A stretch of DNA of 24,000 bases, taken from assembly GCA_945928865.1 (NCBI GenBank), contig CAMENZ010000003.1, forward strand, positions 90,501 to 114,500, read 5' to 3'. The position numbers were made by a program, and so were the translations under genes. Shown here piece by piece: positions 1 to 8,347 of this stretch. The number at the start of each line of letters is the position of its first letter. Position 1 is the first letter of the stretch. Origin of the DNA: an uncultured Clostridia bacterium. Its GTDB lineage: Bacteria; Bacillota; Clostridia; Peptostreptococcales; Anaerovoracaceae. Under the pieces are notes generated by a model. That model ran no database searches. It saw only the letters and a list, made by a program, of their open reading frames with translations, and was not told the DNA's origin.

Positions 1-303
1 TTATCACCTTTTACACCGCATATTTGCGAAGAGATGTGGGAACATATTGGGGAAAAAGAATCTATCGTAAATATGAGTTGGCCTGAATTTGATGAAAAGG
101 CTTTAGTCCTTGATGAAATTGAGATCGTGGTACAGGTCAATGGAAAGGTTAAAGATAAATTAAGCGTACCTGCTGAAATTGATAAGGCAGGATTGGAAAA
201 GGTGGCTTTGGAGAGCGAAAAAATCCAAATGTTGTTAGAAGGCAAGACAGTAGTGAAGGTAGTTGCAGTACCTAAGAGACTGGTTAATATTGTTGTAAAA
301 TAA
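1..303 (+). CDS. leuS: Leucyl-tRNA synthetase, C-terminal fragment (5' end lies upstream of the window)
   Basis: Frame 1 is open from base 1 ([17 protein letters not shown]...), so the ORF-track Met at 34 is internal. The PHICEE-W motif and the C-terminal ...VVQVNGKVK... domain are typical of bacterial LeuRS. Stop TAA at 301-303. Confidence 0.88.
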   Translation, partial: LSPFTPHICEEMWEHIGEKESIVNMSWPEFDEKALVLDEIEIVVQVNGKVKDKLSVPAEIDKAGLEKVALESEKIQMLLEGKTVVKVVAVPKRLVNIVVK

Positions 304-357
304 ATAGTCAACTAATAATATATTAGCTATCTTTTCATTTAGAAAAGGACGGAAAAA

Positions 358-2043
358 ATGAGAAGAAGACAAACAAGAAATAAAAAGGATATCGGTATAA
401 AGGTAATTCCTATAGGAGGATTGAACGAAATAGGAAAGAATATGACACTCTTGGAATGCCAGGATGAAATCCTTATAATCGACTGCGGTATGTCTTTTCC
501 GGATGACGAGATGTTTGGAATAGATATTGTAATACCGGATTTTAGCTATTTAATGGCTAATAAAGAAAAAATTGTAGGTATGGTTTTAACCCATGGGCAC
601 GAAGATCATATAGGGGCTATACCATATTTACTTAAAAATATAAATATACCTGTATTTGGAACGCGTTTAACCTTAGGCTTGGTAGGAAACAAGCTTAAGG
701 AACATAATGTAATAGGTGATTTAAGAACTGTTATACCGGGAGAAAAATTCAAGTTAGGTAAAAACTTTGAGGTAGAACCTATTAGGACAACTCATTCTAT
801 AGCTGATGCAGTTTGTTTAAGTGTAAATACACCGGCAGGCATAGTGTTCCATTCAGGAGATTTCAAGGTGGATTATACACCGGTAGATGGGGAACCTATT
901 GATTTTTCAAAGCTGGCAGAATTAGGAAAAGAGGGCGTAACACTTATGCTTTGTGATAGTACTAATGCTGTTAGACCAGGTTTTACAGCTTCTGAAAAAG
1001 TGGTAGGTCAAACTATTGAGAGTATTTTTAGAACAGCTAAAGATAGAATAATTATAGCTACTTTCTCTTCTAATGTGCATAGAGTTCAAAGAATCATAGA
1101 GAATGCAGTTAAAGTTGGTAGAAAGGTTGCAGTTTCCGGTCGTAGTATGGAGAATGTTGTTGCCTTAGCTATTGAATTGGGATATTTAGATATTCCTGCA
1201 GGCACATTAGTAGACCTTAGAACTGCCAGAAATATACCTGATGATAAGCTGGTTATAATTACTACGGGAAGTCAGGGAGAGCCTATGTCAGCTCTTTCCA
1301 GAATAGCAACCGGAGACCATAAAGCTATCAAACTTAAAAAGGGTGATATGGTTATCCTTTCTTCTACACCTATACCCGGAAATGAAAAAACCGTTTCTAA
1401 TGTAGTAAACAGATTATTTGAAAAGGGTGCAGAAGTAATTTATTCTGATATAGCTGATATTCATGTATCCGGACACGCATGTCAAGAGGAATTAAAATTA
1501 TTACATTCTCTTATAAGACCTAAGTTCTTCATGCCGGTTCATGGAGAGTATCGCCATTTAATTCAACATTCACACATTGCTGAAAGCTTAGGACTCTCTA
1601 AGGATAATATATTTGTCTTAGATAATGGAGATATTTTAAATGTAAAAAGAGATAAAGCTCATATTGACAGAAATCAAATAGAAGCCGATGCTATTTTAGT
1701 AGATGGATTAGGTGTTGGAGATGTAGGGAATATAGTTTTAAGGGATAGAAAAATGTTATCTGAATCCGGACTTATTATAGCTACAGCTGCTATAGACAGA
1801 TTCGGAGGCATTTTAGTATCAGGACCTGAGATTATTTCCAGAGGTTTTGTTTATGTAAGAGAAAATGAGGCTCTTATTGAAGAAGCAAAGCAGGTAGTAA
1901 AGGACACTATAGAAAAGTGTTTGGAAAATAATATTAAAGAATGGGGTTCTATGAAAGCTAAGGTTAGAGAGAGCCTTAGTAGTTATATTTTCCAAACTAC
2001 AAAGAGAAATCCTATAATATTACCTATATTTTTAGAGGTTTAA
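358..2043 (+). CDS. rnj: Ribonuclease J (metallo-beta-lactamase / beta-CASP RNase)
   Basis: 561 aa. N-terminus is ...IKVIPIGGLNEIGKNMT. Metallo-beta-lactamase motif LTHGHEDHIGAIPYL. Later beta-CASP-type motifs are SGDFK, CDSTN and HVSGHA..EL. RBS AAAGGACGG lies upstream of the ATG. Confidence 0.93.
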   Translation: MRRRQTRNKKDIGIKVIPIGGLNEIGKNMTLLECQDEILIIDCGMSFPDDEMFGIDIVIPDFSYLMANKEKIVGMVLTHGHEDHIGAIPYLLKNINIPVFGTRLTLGLVGNKLKEHNVIGDLRTVIPGEKFKLGKNFEVEPIRTTHSIADAVCLSVNTPAGIVFHSGDFKVDYTPVDGEPIDFSKLAELGKEGVTLMLCDSTNAVRPGFTASEKVVGQTIESIFRTAKDRIIIATFSSNVHRVQRIIENAVKVGRKVAVSGRSMENVVALAIELGYLDIPAGTLVDLRTARNIPDDKLVIITTGSQGEPMSALSRIATGDHKAIKLKKGDMVILSSTPIPGNEKTVSNVVNRLFEKGAEVIYSDIADIHVSGHACQEELKLLHSLIRPKFFMPVHGEYRHLIQHSHIAESLGLSKDNIFVLDNGDILNVKRDKAHIDRNQIEADAILVDGLGVGDVGNIVLRDRKMLSESGLIIATAAIDRFGGILVSGPEIISRGFVYVRENEALIEEAKQVVKDTIEKCLENNIKEWGSMKAKVRESLSSYIFQTTKRNPIILPIFLEV

Positions 2044-2101
2044 AAGATTTATAGTGGAATTTTGAAAATTAAAAATAAATTTATTTTATCTAGGAGGATT
2101 T

Positions 2102-2443
2102 ATGAACGTATATGATCAAGCTCATAGCTTAGCTAAAGCTATAAAAGAATCAGGTGAATATAAAGAATATAAGGAATATGAAACTGAGATTGATAAAAAT
2201 CCTGATTTATCTAAAATGATAAAGGATTTTCAACAAAAATCTATTGAATTACAAACTAAACAAATGCTTGGTGAAGAACTTACTGCAGAAATGACAGCCG
2301 GTATTCAGAGTTTATATCAGATTGTTCTTCAGGATCCTTTAGCAGCGAATTATTTACAAGCATCTATGAGATTTTCACTTATGATGAAAGATGTATATGA
2401 AATTTTAGGTGAAGTTTCAGGAATAGGCAGCTTTTTAGGTTAA
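2102..2443 (+). CDS. UPF0342 / YheA-type small helical protein (YlbF/YmcA, Com_YlbF family)
   Basis: 113 aa. From memory it aligns with B. subtilis YheA (N(F/V)YD.A..LA.A...S.EY...K, then F...Q..LQ.KQM.GEE.T.E). Strong RBS TAGGAGGA lies 5 nt upstream. Confidence 0.72.
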   Translation: MNVYDQAHSLAKAIKESGEYKEYKEYETEIDKNPDLSKMIKDFQQKSIELQTKQMLGEELTAEMTAGIQSLYQIVLQDPLAANYLQASMRFSLMMKDVYEILGEVSGIGSFLG

Positions 2444-2471
2444 TTTTTAGCCATTTTAGGCTAAGATTTCC

Positions 2472-2500
2472 TTGTCAAATTAAAGTTTATATGATATAAT
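2472..2500 (+). promoter_or_regulatory. Sigma-A type promoter for efp (TTGTCA, 17-nt spacer, TATAAT, with an extended -10 TGn)
   Basis: -35 TTGTCA at 2472-2477. The 17-nt spacer ends in TGA. -10 TATAAT at 2495-2500. The promoter lies in the intergenic gap about 85 nt upstream of the efp ATG. Confidence 0.55.
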
Positions 2501-2585
2501 ATTACAGTTAGTTTGAATTGTTTTGGCATATGCCAATTCACATAGGTCAATAATAAAGATAAATAAAAGATTGGAGAAGGATAAA

Positions 2586-3146
2586 ATGATTTATGCAAGT
2601 GATTTTAGAAAGGGTATTACTTTCCAGATAAATGGGGAGCCACATGTAATTTTAGATTTCCAACATGTAAAACCTGGTAAGGGAGCTGCTTTCGTAAGAA
2701 CTAAATATAAGAATATTATTACAGGAGCTACAAGAGAAGAAGCTTTCAGCCCGGATGATAAGTTTGAACCTGCACTTATTGAAACTAAGAAGATGCAGTA
2801 CTTATATAATGATGGTGAATTATATTACTTTATGGACCCTGAAAACTATGATCAGATTCCGCTTTCTTTTGAACAGGTGGAAGATGCGATTAAGTGGATT
2901 AGAGAAAATGATGAAGTAACTATTAAGTTCTTCCAGTCAAGTGCATTCTTAGTAGAAGCTCCAAACTTTGTTGACCTCTTAATCACAGATTGTGAACCTG
3001 GTGTAAAGGGTAATACAGCTACAAATGTAACTAAGGCAGCTACAGTGGAAACAGGAGCCATAGTTCAAGTTCCAATATTCATTGAAAGTGGAGAAAAAAT
3101 TCAAATCGACACTAGAACAGGTGAATATTTAGGAAGATCTAAATAA
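2586..3146 (+). CDS. efp: Elongation factor P
   Basis: [43 protein letters not shown] is canonical EF-P, including the modified-Lys loop PGKG. The ATG at 2586 follows RBS GGAGAAGG. The ORF-track TTG start at 2523 adds 21 non-homologous residues and is probably not used. Confidence 0.93.
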   Translation: MIYASDFRKGITFQINGEPHVILDFQHVKPGKGAAFVRTKYKNIITGATREEAFSPDDKFEPALIETKKMQYLYNDGELYYFMDPENYDQIPLSFEQVEDAIKWIRENDEVTIKFFQSSAFLVEAPNFVDLLITDCEPGVKGNTATNVTKAATVETGAIVQVPIFIESGEKIQIDTRTGEYLGRSK

Positions 3147-3155
3147 GATAAAACT

Positions 3156-3185
3156 ATAGGCGTGAGGTTTTTCACGCCTATTTTA
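3156..3185 (+). terminator. Rho-independent terminator after efp
   Basis: Perfect 10-bp stem ATAGGCGTGA (3156-3165) / TCACGCCTAT (3172-3181), with 6-nt loop GGTTTT. It is followed by TTT and then an A/T tract. Confidence 0.8.
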
Positions 3186-3201
3186 AAATTAGAGGGGAAA
3201 A

Positions 3202-4254
3202 ATGGGAAATAAAAAGGGTTTTAGTTTTATAATTGTCATATTAATAATAGGAATTATCGCTATCGGCAGTGGATTAGTATATTATAATTTATCCATAGGA
3301 CCGGTAGATAAAAATGACAATAATGAAATTGAGGTTAATATACCTGTAGGCAGTACAGCCTATGATATAGTAGAAATATTAAATAATAATGGTTTAGTTA
3401 ATGATAAATTAGTTGCTAAGTTATTTTTAAAACTTAATAGTTTTTATTCACTTAAGGCTAATACTTATATTTTCAATAAATCTATGGGTTTAGAGGAAAT
3501 GTTTAATATAATAAACGGAGAAAATTCATCCTATGTATCTAATGAAAAGCTTACTATTATAGAAGGTTCGACTTTAAATGATACGGCAGATAAGGTGGCA
3601 AAACTATTAGGAATATCTAAAGAAGAAGTGTTAGATAAATGGAAAGATAAAGACTATTTAAAAACTCTGATAGAAAAATATTGGTTTTTAACTGATGAAA
3701 TTCTTCAAGAAGGTATAATGTTTCCATTAGAGGGCTATTTATATCCTGAAACTTATTTATTTAGTAAGGCTGATTTATCTATAGAAAATATTACCTCTAT
3801 TGTTCTAAATCATACTGACAAAATTTTAAGTGAAATTAAAGATGAAATAGAAAATTCAGGTTATACTGTTCATGAATTTCTATCTTTAGCTTCAGTAATC
3901 AATGGAGAGTCTATGAATAATGAAGACCAACCTATAATTGCAGGAGTTTTTGTTAATAGATTAAATAATGATATGCCTCTTCAAAGCGATATTACAGTAT
4001 TATATGCTCTTCAAGAAAAAAGAGTTAATGTAAGTTTAGAAGATTTGAAAGTAGACTCAAAATACAATACTTATAAGTATAAAGGACTTCCAATAGGCCC
4101 GGTAGGAGCTACACCTAAGAGTACAATGGAAAACACTTTAAACTATACAAAATCTGATTACTTATACTTCTTTGCTACTAAAGAAGGTAAGGTTATTTAT
4201 AGTAAAACTTATGAAGAACATAAGAAGGTTACAGAAGAAAATCTTTGGTATTAA
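3202..4254 (+). CDS. mltG: Endolytic murein transglycosylase MltG (YceG-like; B. subtilis YrrL equivalent)
   Basis: 350 aa with a single N-terminal TM helix (FSFIIVILIIGIIAIGSGLVYY). YceG-type C-terminal region: LASVINGES...IIAGVFVNRL...PLQSDITVLYAL...YNTYKYKGLPIGPVGATP. RBS AGAGGGGA. Confidence 0.88.
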   Translation: MGNKKGFSFIIVILIIGIIAIGSGLVYYNLSIGPVDKNDNNEIEVNIPVGSTAYDIVEILNNNGLVNDKLVAKLFLKLNSFYSLKANTYIFNKSMGLEEMFNIINGENSSYVSNEKLTIIEGSTLNDTADKVAKLLGISKEEVLDKWKDKDYLKTLIEKYWFLTDEILQEGIMFPLEGYLYPETYLFSKADLSIENITSIVLNHTDKILSEIKDEIENSGYTVHEFLSLASVINGESMNNEDQPIIAGVFVNRLNNDMPLQSDITVLYALQEKRVNVSLEDLKVDSKYNTYKYKGLPIGPVGATPKSTMENTLNYTKSDYLYFFATKEGKVIYSKTYEEHKKVTEENLWY

Positions 4255-4297
4255 TGTAATTACTTATGACAAATAAGTAAAAAAGAGAAATTTTAAT

Positions 4298-4960
4298 ATG
4301 AATAGTACAAGAAACATCATAAATGATAAGGTAAGTGAATATTTAAATAGCTTTTACAAAGGTGTAACTGAGGAATTAACTGACTTCAGACTTAAGGCAG
4401 AGGCTGAAAATGTACCTATCATACTTAAGGAAACTGAAAGCTTTTTAAATACCTTTTTAGCGATAATTAAACCTACTAAGATTTTAGAGGTGGGAACTGC
4501 TGTAGGATATTCTGCTTCATTTTTTGCAGAAACAACAGAAGCATTAATTTATACTATTGAAAAAGATGAAGAAATTTATAATAAAGCGAAATTAAACATA
4601 GAAAACTTAGGGTATAAAGATAAAATCTTTAATTATGTGGGTGATGGAACAGAAGTAATTAAAAGTTTAGAAAATGAAGGCATTAGAGATTTTGATCTAG
4701 TGTTTATAGATGCTGCTAAAAGTCATTATAAAGATTTTTTAGATGCAGCACTTCCTTTATGCTCAAAAAATGCTATAATTATAGCAGACAATGTACTTTT
4801 TAGAGCTAGAGTTGCATCTGATGAATATGATGAAAAAGGAAGACATAAGACAAATATTAAAAAACTTAGAGAATTTAATGAATATATAAATGATAAAGAG
4901 AGATTTAACACAACTATTATAGCTGTGGGAGATGGTCTTTCTATTACAGTTTTAAAATAG
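4298..4960 (+). CDS. Class I SAM-dependent O-methyltransferase, YrrM/TrmR-like (candidate tRNA ho5U34 methyltransferase)
   Basis: 220 aa. SAM motif I is ILEVGTAVGYSA, followed by the acidic FIDA(A)K motif. Its position between mltG and a U32 gene reproduces B. subtilis yrrL-yrrM-yrrN/O. Confidence 0.8.
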   Translation: MNSTRNIINDKVSEYLNSFYKGVTEELTDFRLKAEAENVPIILKETESFLNTFLAIIKPTKILEVGTAVGYSASFFAETTEALIYTIEKDEEIYNKAKLNIENLGYKDKIFNYVGDGTEVIKSLENEGIRDFDLVFIDAAKSHYKDFLDAALPLCSKNAIIIADNVLFRARVASDEYDEKGRHKTNIKKLREFNEYINDKERFNTTIIAVGDGLSITVLK

Positions 4961-4973
4961 AAAAAGGAAATAT

Positions 4974-6203
4974 ATGAGAAAAATAGAATTATTAGCACCG
5001 GCAGGAGATTTAGAAAAATTAAAAATCGCGGTTTTATATGGTGCAGATGCAGTCTACTTCGGTGGCGAAACCTTTTCACTTAGGGCAGGAGCAGGCAACC
5101 TGTCTTTTGAAGAAATGGTGGAAGGAGTGGATTTTGCACATGAACATGGAGTTAGGTGCTATATGGCACTTAATATATTTGCACATAATGAAGATGTAGA
5201 ACCATTACGAGAATACTTGACCAGCATTAAAGATGTGGCTATAGATGCTTTTATAATTTCAGATCCGGGAATTTTTACTTTAGTTAGAAGCATTATGCCT
5301 GAAAAGGAAGTTCATTTAAGCACACAGGCTAATATGACAAACTATGAGACTGCTATGTTTTGGTATAATCTAGGGGTTAAGAGGATAGTTTTAGCTAGGG
5401 AACTAACTTTTAAGGAGATAAAAGAACTTAAGGCTAAATGCCCTGAAGATTTAGAATTTGAAGCTTTTGTTCAGGGAGCTATGTGTATATCATATTCCGG
5501 TAGATGTTTACTTTCAAATTTTATGATTGAAAGAGATGCAAACAGAGGGGCTTGTGCTCATCCTTGCCGCTGGAAATATGCTTTAGTGGAAGAACAACGG
5601 CCGGGTCAGTATTATCCTATAGAAGAAGATGAACGGGGAACATACATTTTGAATTCAAGAGATTTATGTATGATAGAATATATTCCTGATTTGATAGAGT
5701 CAGGTTTGGCTTCCTTAAAAATAGAAGGGAGAATGAAGAGTTCATTTTATGTAGCAACTATTGTAGCTGCCTATAGAAAGGCTATAGACGCCTATTATGA
5801 AAACCCTGATAATTATTCTTTTAAGGAAGAATGGTTGGCAGAACTTAAGAAGGTAAGCCATAGAGAGTTTACTACAGGTTTTTATTTCGATAAACCTACC
5901 AACCAAGATCAAAATTATCAAACCTCTCAATATCAAAGAGATTACACTTTTACAGGCTTAGTAAAATCCTATGATGAAGAAACAGGTTTAGCAATAGTAG
6001 AACAGAGAAACAAAATGATATTAGGTGAAGAAATAGAAATTTTTGGACCTAATACAGATTTTTTTACTCAAAAACTTACAGAAATGTATAACGAAAAGGG
6101 GGAGACTATTGATTCATGTCCTCATCCTCAACAACTGATAAAAATTAAAGTTGATATGCCCGTTAAAGAGAATTTTATGATAAGAAAGCGAAAGGAAAAA
6201 TAA
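4974..6203 (+). CDS. Peptidase-U32 family protein, TrhP/YrrO-like (candidate tRNA U34 hydroxylation factor)
   Basis: 409 aa. N-terminus is ELLAPAGDLEKLKIAVLYGADAVYFGG. Four clustered Cys (MCISYSGRCLLSN...RGACAHPCRW) match the U32 Fe-S motif, followed by LKIEGRMKS. RBS AAGGAAA. Confidence 0.85.
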   Translation: MRKIELLAPAGDLEKLKIAVLYGADAVYFGGETFSLRAGAGNLSFEEMVEGVDFAHEHGVRCYMALNIFAHNEDVEPLREYLTSIKDVAIDAFIISDPGIFTLVRSIMPEKEVHLSTQANMTNYETAMFWYNLGVKRIVLARELTFKEIKELKAKCPEDLEFEAFVQGAMCISYSGRCLLSNFMIERDANRGACAHPCRWKYALVEEQRPGQYYPIEEDERGTYILNSRDLCMIEYIPDLIESGLASLKIEGRMKSSFYVATIVAAYRKAIDAYYENPDNYSFKEEWLAELKKVSHREFTTGFYFDKPTNQDQNYQTSQYQRDYTFTGLVKSYDEETGLAIVEQRNKMILGEEIEIFGPNTDFFTQKLTEMYNEKGETIDSCPHPQQLIKIKVDMPVKENFMIRKRKEK

Positions 6204-7042
6204 TGGATAGCGACAGTAGGCCGAAAAGTTGGCTGGATATTTTTAGAAGAAAATCAGGAACGGAAGTTGAAGAAGAAATTATGTCTACTTTAGAGGAAGG
6301 TCAGGCAGCAGGTACAATTAAAGAAGAAAGTAAAAAGATGATAAACTCTATTTTTGCTTTTGATGATAAATTGGCTTATGAAATCATGACTCCTAGAACT
6401 GATGTGTTTTTAATTGATGTTGAAGATGATCCGGAAGAGTATTTGAAGGATTTAATGACTTTAAGATATTCTAGAATTCCTGTTTGTAAAGGTGATACGG
6501 ATAATATCATAGGAATTCTTCATATTAAAGATTTTATCTTAAAAATATGGGAAGAAAAAACAGAAACTGTTGATATAGAACCATTGCTTAGAAAGGCATA
6601 TTTTGTGCCGGAAACAAAGAATATCGATGTGTTATTTTTTGAACTTCAAAAAATGAAGCAGCAAATGGCAATTTTAATTGATGAATATGGCGGTTTCAGT
6701 GGTATTGTAACAGTAGAAGATATTATTGAAGAAATCGTTGGTGATATTGATGATGAATTTGATGAAGAAGTAGAAATCATTGATAAAATTGATGATAGCA
6801 CTTATTTAGTAGACGGGGATGTTGACTTGGATGATTTAAATGAAGAAATTCATACAAACTTAGAGTCTGAAACCAGTGAAACTATAGGCGGTTTTATCAT
6901 AGATATTTTAGGAGAAATACCTGATGAAAATGATGTAGGACGCATAATAGAATATGAGAATTACAAGTTTAAGATTATGGGCATTTCTGATAGAAGAATT
7001 GAAAGAGTTAAGATATATATCGAAGCTCCTACTGAAGAATAA
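6203..7042 (+). CDS. CorC/YbeX-like protein (CBS pair plus CorC_HlyC transporter-associated domain, no DUF21 membrane domain)
   Basis: 279 aa. Pattern is ...EIMTPRTDV...IPV......IIGILHIKD....., then ILIDEYGGFSGIVTVEDIIEEIVGDI, then a C-terminal ETIGGFIIDILGEIP...G. The start overlaps the U32 stop (TAATG), which suggests translational coupling. Confidence 0.85.
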   Translation: MDSDSRPKSWLDIFRRKSGTEVEEEIMSTLEEGQAAGTIKEESKKMINSIFAFDDKLAYEIMTPRTDVFLIDVEDDPEEYLKDLMTLRYSRIPVCKGDTDNIIGILHIKDFILKIWEEKTETVDIEPLLRKAYFVPETKNIDVLFFELQKMKQQMAILIDEYGGFSGIVTVEDIIEEIVGDIDDEFDEEVEIIDKIDDSTYLVDGDVDLDDLNEEIHTNLESETSETIGGFIIDILGEIPDENDVGRIIEYENYKFKIMGISDRRIERVKIYIEAPTEE

Positions 7043-7117
7043 TTGTTTAAATTTGTTAATGAAATTAAGTGATAAGACTTAATAATTAAAATAAAGGAAC
7101 TAAACGGAGGAACAAAA

Positions 7118-8128
7118 ATGTTTGACAAACTAATTGCTAAGGTGAAAGCTGAACCTAAAACTATTGTGTTTACAGAAGGTACAGATGGTCGTATACTTTC
7201 TGCAACAGATAGACTTCTTAAAGAAGGCTTAATGAATGTAATTTTAGTAGGTAATGTGGACGAAGTTAAGAGTGCAGCAGAAAAAGATGGTTATGATGTT
7301 GCAAAAGCTGAAATTTTAGACCCTGCTACATACGAAGGTATGGAAGCAATGGTAGAAAAAATGGTAGAACTTAGAAAGGGTAAAATGAGCCCTGAAGATT
7401 GCAAAACTAATCTTTTAAAAGGTAACTATTTTGGAACTATGTTAGTTAAAATGGGAAAGGCAGATTGTCTTTTAGGTGGTGCTACTTATTCAACAGCAGA
7501 TACTATCAGACCGGCTCTTCAGCTTGTAAAAACTAAACCGGGTGCACACCTAGTTTCTTCTGTATTTATTTTAAATCGTGAAGAAGGTCCTGAAGAATTA
7601 AGAACTATAGCTATGGGAGACTGTGCAGTAAATATTGATTATAAAGATGATGTAGATAAAGAAGGTAATATAACTTTCACAGCTGCTCAGAAATTAGCAG
7701 AAGTTGCAGTAGAAGCTGCAGGATGTGCTAAAATATTTGGAATTGATCCTAAGGTAGCTATGTTAAGTTTCTCCACTAAAGGTTCAGGAAAAGGCGGTAC
7801 TGTAGCTCTTTCTAATGAAGCTACTCATATTGTTAAGGAAACTCATCCGGAAATTGATATTGATGGTGAAATGCAGTTTGATGCGGCAGTTTCTCCAACG
7901 GTAGGACAGCTTAAATTCCCGGGTTCCAAGGTAGCCGGCCATGCAAATTGCTTTATTTTCCCTATTATCGAAGCAGGTAATATAGGCTATAAAATTGCTC
8001 AGAGATTAGGTGGATATGCAGCTTACGGTCCGGTACTTTTAGGTCTTAACGCACCTATTAATGACCTTTCCAGAGGTTGTGATGCGGAAGAGGTATATAA
8101 GATGGCTATCATTACAGCTGCTTTATAA
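7118..8128 (+). CDS. pta: Phosphate acetyltransferase
   Basis: 336 aa. N-terminus is ...KTIVFTEGTDGRILSATDRLLKEG. The C-terminus FPIIEAGNIGYKIAQRLGGYAAYGPVLLGLNAPINDLSRGC is typical of the PTA_PTB family. RBS ACGGAGGA. No ackA is adjacent. Confidence 0.9.
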   Translation: MFDKLIAKVKAEPKTIVFTEGTDGRILSATDRLLKEGLMNVILVGNVDEVKSAAEKDGYDVAKAEILDPATYEGMEAMVEKMVELRKGKMSPEDCKTNLLKGNYFGTMLVKMGKADCLLGGATYSTADTIRPALQLVKTKPGAHLVSSVFILNREEGPEELRTIAMGDCAVNIDYKDDVDKEGNITFTAAQKLAEVAVEAAGCAKIFGIDPKVAMLSFSTKGSGKGGTVALSNEATHIVKETHPEIDIDGEMQFDAAVSPTVGQLKFPGSKVAGHANCFIFPIIEAGNIGYKIAQRLGGYAAYGPVLLGLNAPINDLSRGCDAEEVYKMAIITAAL

Positions 8129-8165
8129 TATTTGATATATAAGTTATAAATTAAATATGAATTTT

Positions 8166-8202
8166 AAATCCGTAGGTTTGATAAATTACCTGCGGATTTT
8201 TT
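8166..8202 (+). terminator. Rho-independent terminator after pta
   Basis: 12-bp stem AAATCCGTAGGT (8166-8177) / ACCTGCGGATTT (8188-8199) with one G-U pair and a 10-nt loop. It runs into a T tract (TTTTTT). Confidence 0.8.
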
Positions 8203-8234
8203 ACAATGATAACTTTTTATATGATGAATGGCTA

Positions 8235-8327
8235 GAAGTACTGTGAAATGCAGGTTTTGGTTTTTTCACAGTATAGTTTTTATGAAGTAATACTGTGAAA
8301 ATAAAGAAGTCTTAAAATCACAGTATA
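8235..8327. repeat. Two tandem copies of one inverted-repeat element (GAAGTA..CTGTGAAA ... TCACAGTATA)
   Basis: Copy 1 has a perfect 10-bp stem TACTGTGAAA (8239-8248) / TTTCACAGTA (8264-8273) with a 15-nt loop. Copy 2 has a 9-bp stem ATACTGTGA (8290-8298) / TCACAGTAT (8318-8326) with a 19-nt loop. Both copies share the flanks GAAGTA (8235-8240, 8284-8289) and TCACAGTATA. The loops are unrelated. Confidence 0.7.
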
Positions 8328-8347
8328 AAATAGGTTATAAAAACTTT

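Noticed and set aside
2072-2087. Perfect 16-bp AT-only palindrome AAAATAAATTTATTTT between rnj and the YheA-like gene. Other AT-rich inverted repeats lie at 4259-4279 (TTACTTAT-N5-ATAAGTAA) and 7064-7083 (ATTAAGT-N6-ACTTAAT).
   Set aside because: The stems are AT-only with negligible stability, none is followed by a T-run on the coding strand, and such palindromes are common in AT-rich spacers. They are not supportable as terminators or operators.
2156-2182. In-frame 3 x 9-nt imperfect tandem repeat GAATATAAA GAATATAAG GAATATGAA (EYK-EYK-EYE) in the YheA-like gene.
   Set aside because: It is too short and imperfect to call a functional repeat. It is most simply a local duplication in a charged helical segment, with no evidence of copy-number variation.
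2523-2585. N-terminal extension of the efp ORF (TTG start, [21 protein letters not shown]). Similar short extensions occur at xseB (11490) and ispA (11681).
   Set aside because: Homolog N-termini begin at the downstream ATGs (2586, 11505, 11693), each preceded by a good Shine-Dalgarno. The extensions contain those RBSs and promoter-proximal sequence.
4726-5079. 117-aa minus-strand ORF spanning the O-methyltransferase/U32 junction. Similar antisense ORFs lie at 2852-3061, 5742-5936, 10819-11100, 15612-15830, 18131-18361 and 20685-20870.
   Set aside because: All lie fully antisense to well-supported conserved genes. Their translations are low-complexity (F/I/L/S/K-rich), as expected for the reverse frame of AT-rich coding DNA. 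They lack an RBS and any recognisable motif.
8228-8290. Small ORFs in the gap. Examples are the 20-codon MARSTVKCRFWFFHSIVFMK (8228-8290, plus strand), a 13-codon TTG ORF at 8462, and a 20-codon minus-strand ORF (MKNSNILKITIFQSATNQLQ). I considered them as possible type I toxin or leader peptides.
   Set aside because: No convincing Shine-Dalgarno lies at a proper distance, the peptides are very short with no recognisable family, and the first simply reads through the hairpin repeat. Ribosome profiling would be needed to revive any of them.
8239-8326. The arms of the duplicated hairpins resemble known operator half-sites: Rex/CRP-type TGTGAAA...TTTCACA, and the gamma-proteobacterial LexA box TACTGT...ACAGTA.
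   Set aside because: The half-site spacing here (15-23 nt between arms) does not fit Rex (about 4-6 nt), CRP (6 nt) or the E. coli SOS box (CTGT-N8-ACAG). Firmicute LexA recognises GAAC-N4-GTTC instead. The resemblance rests on short AT-rich words only.
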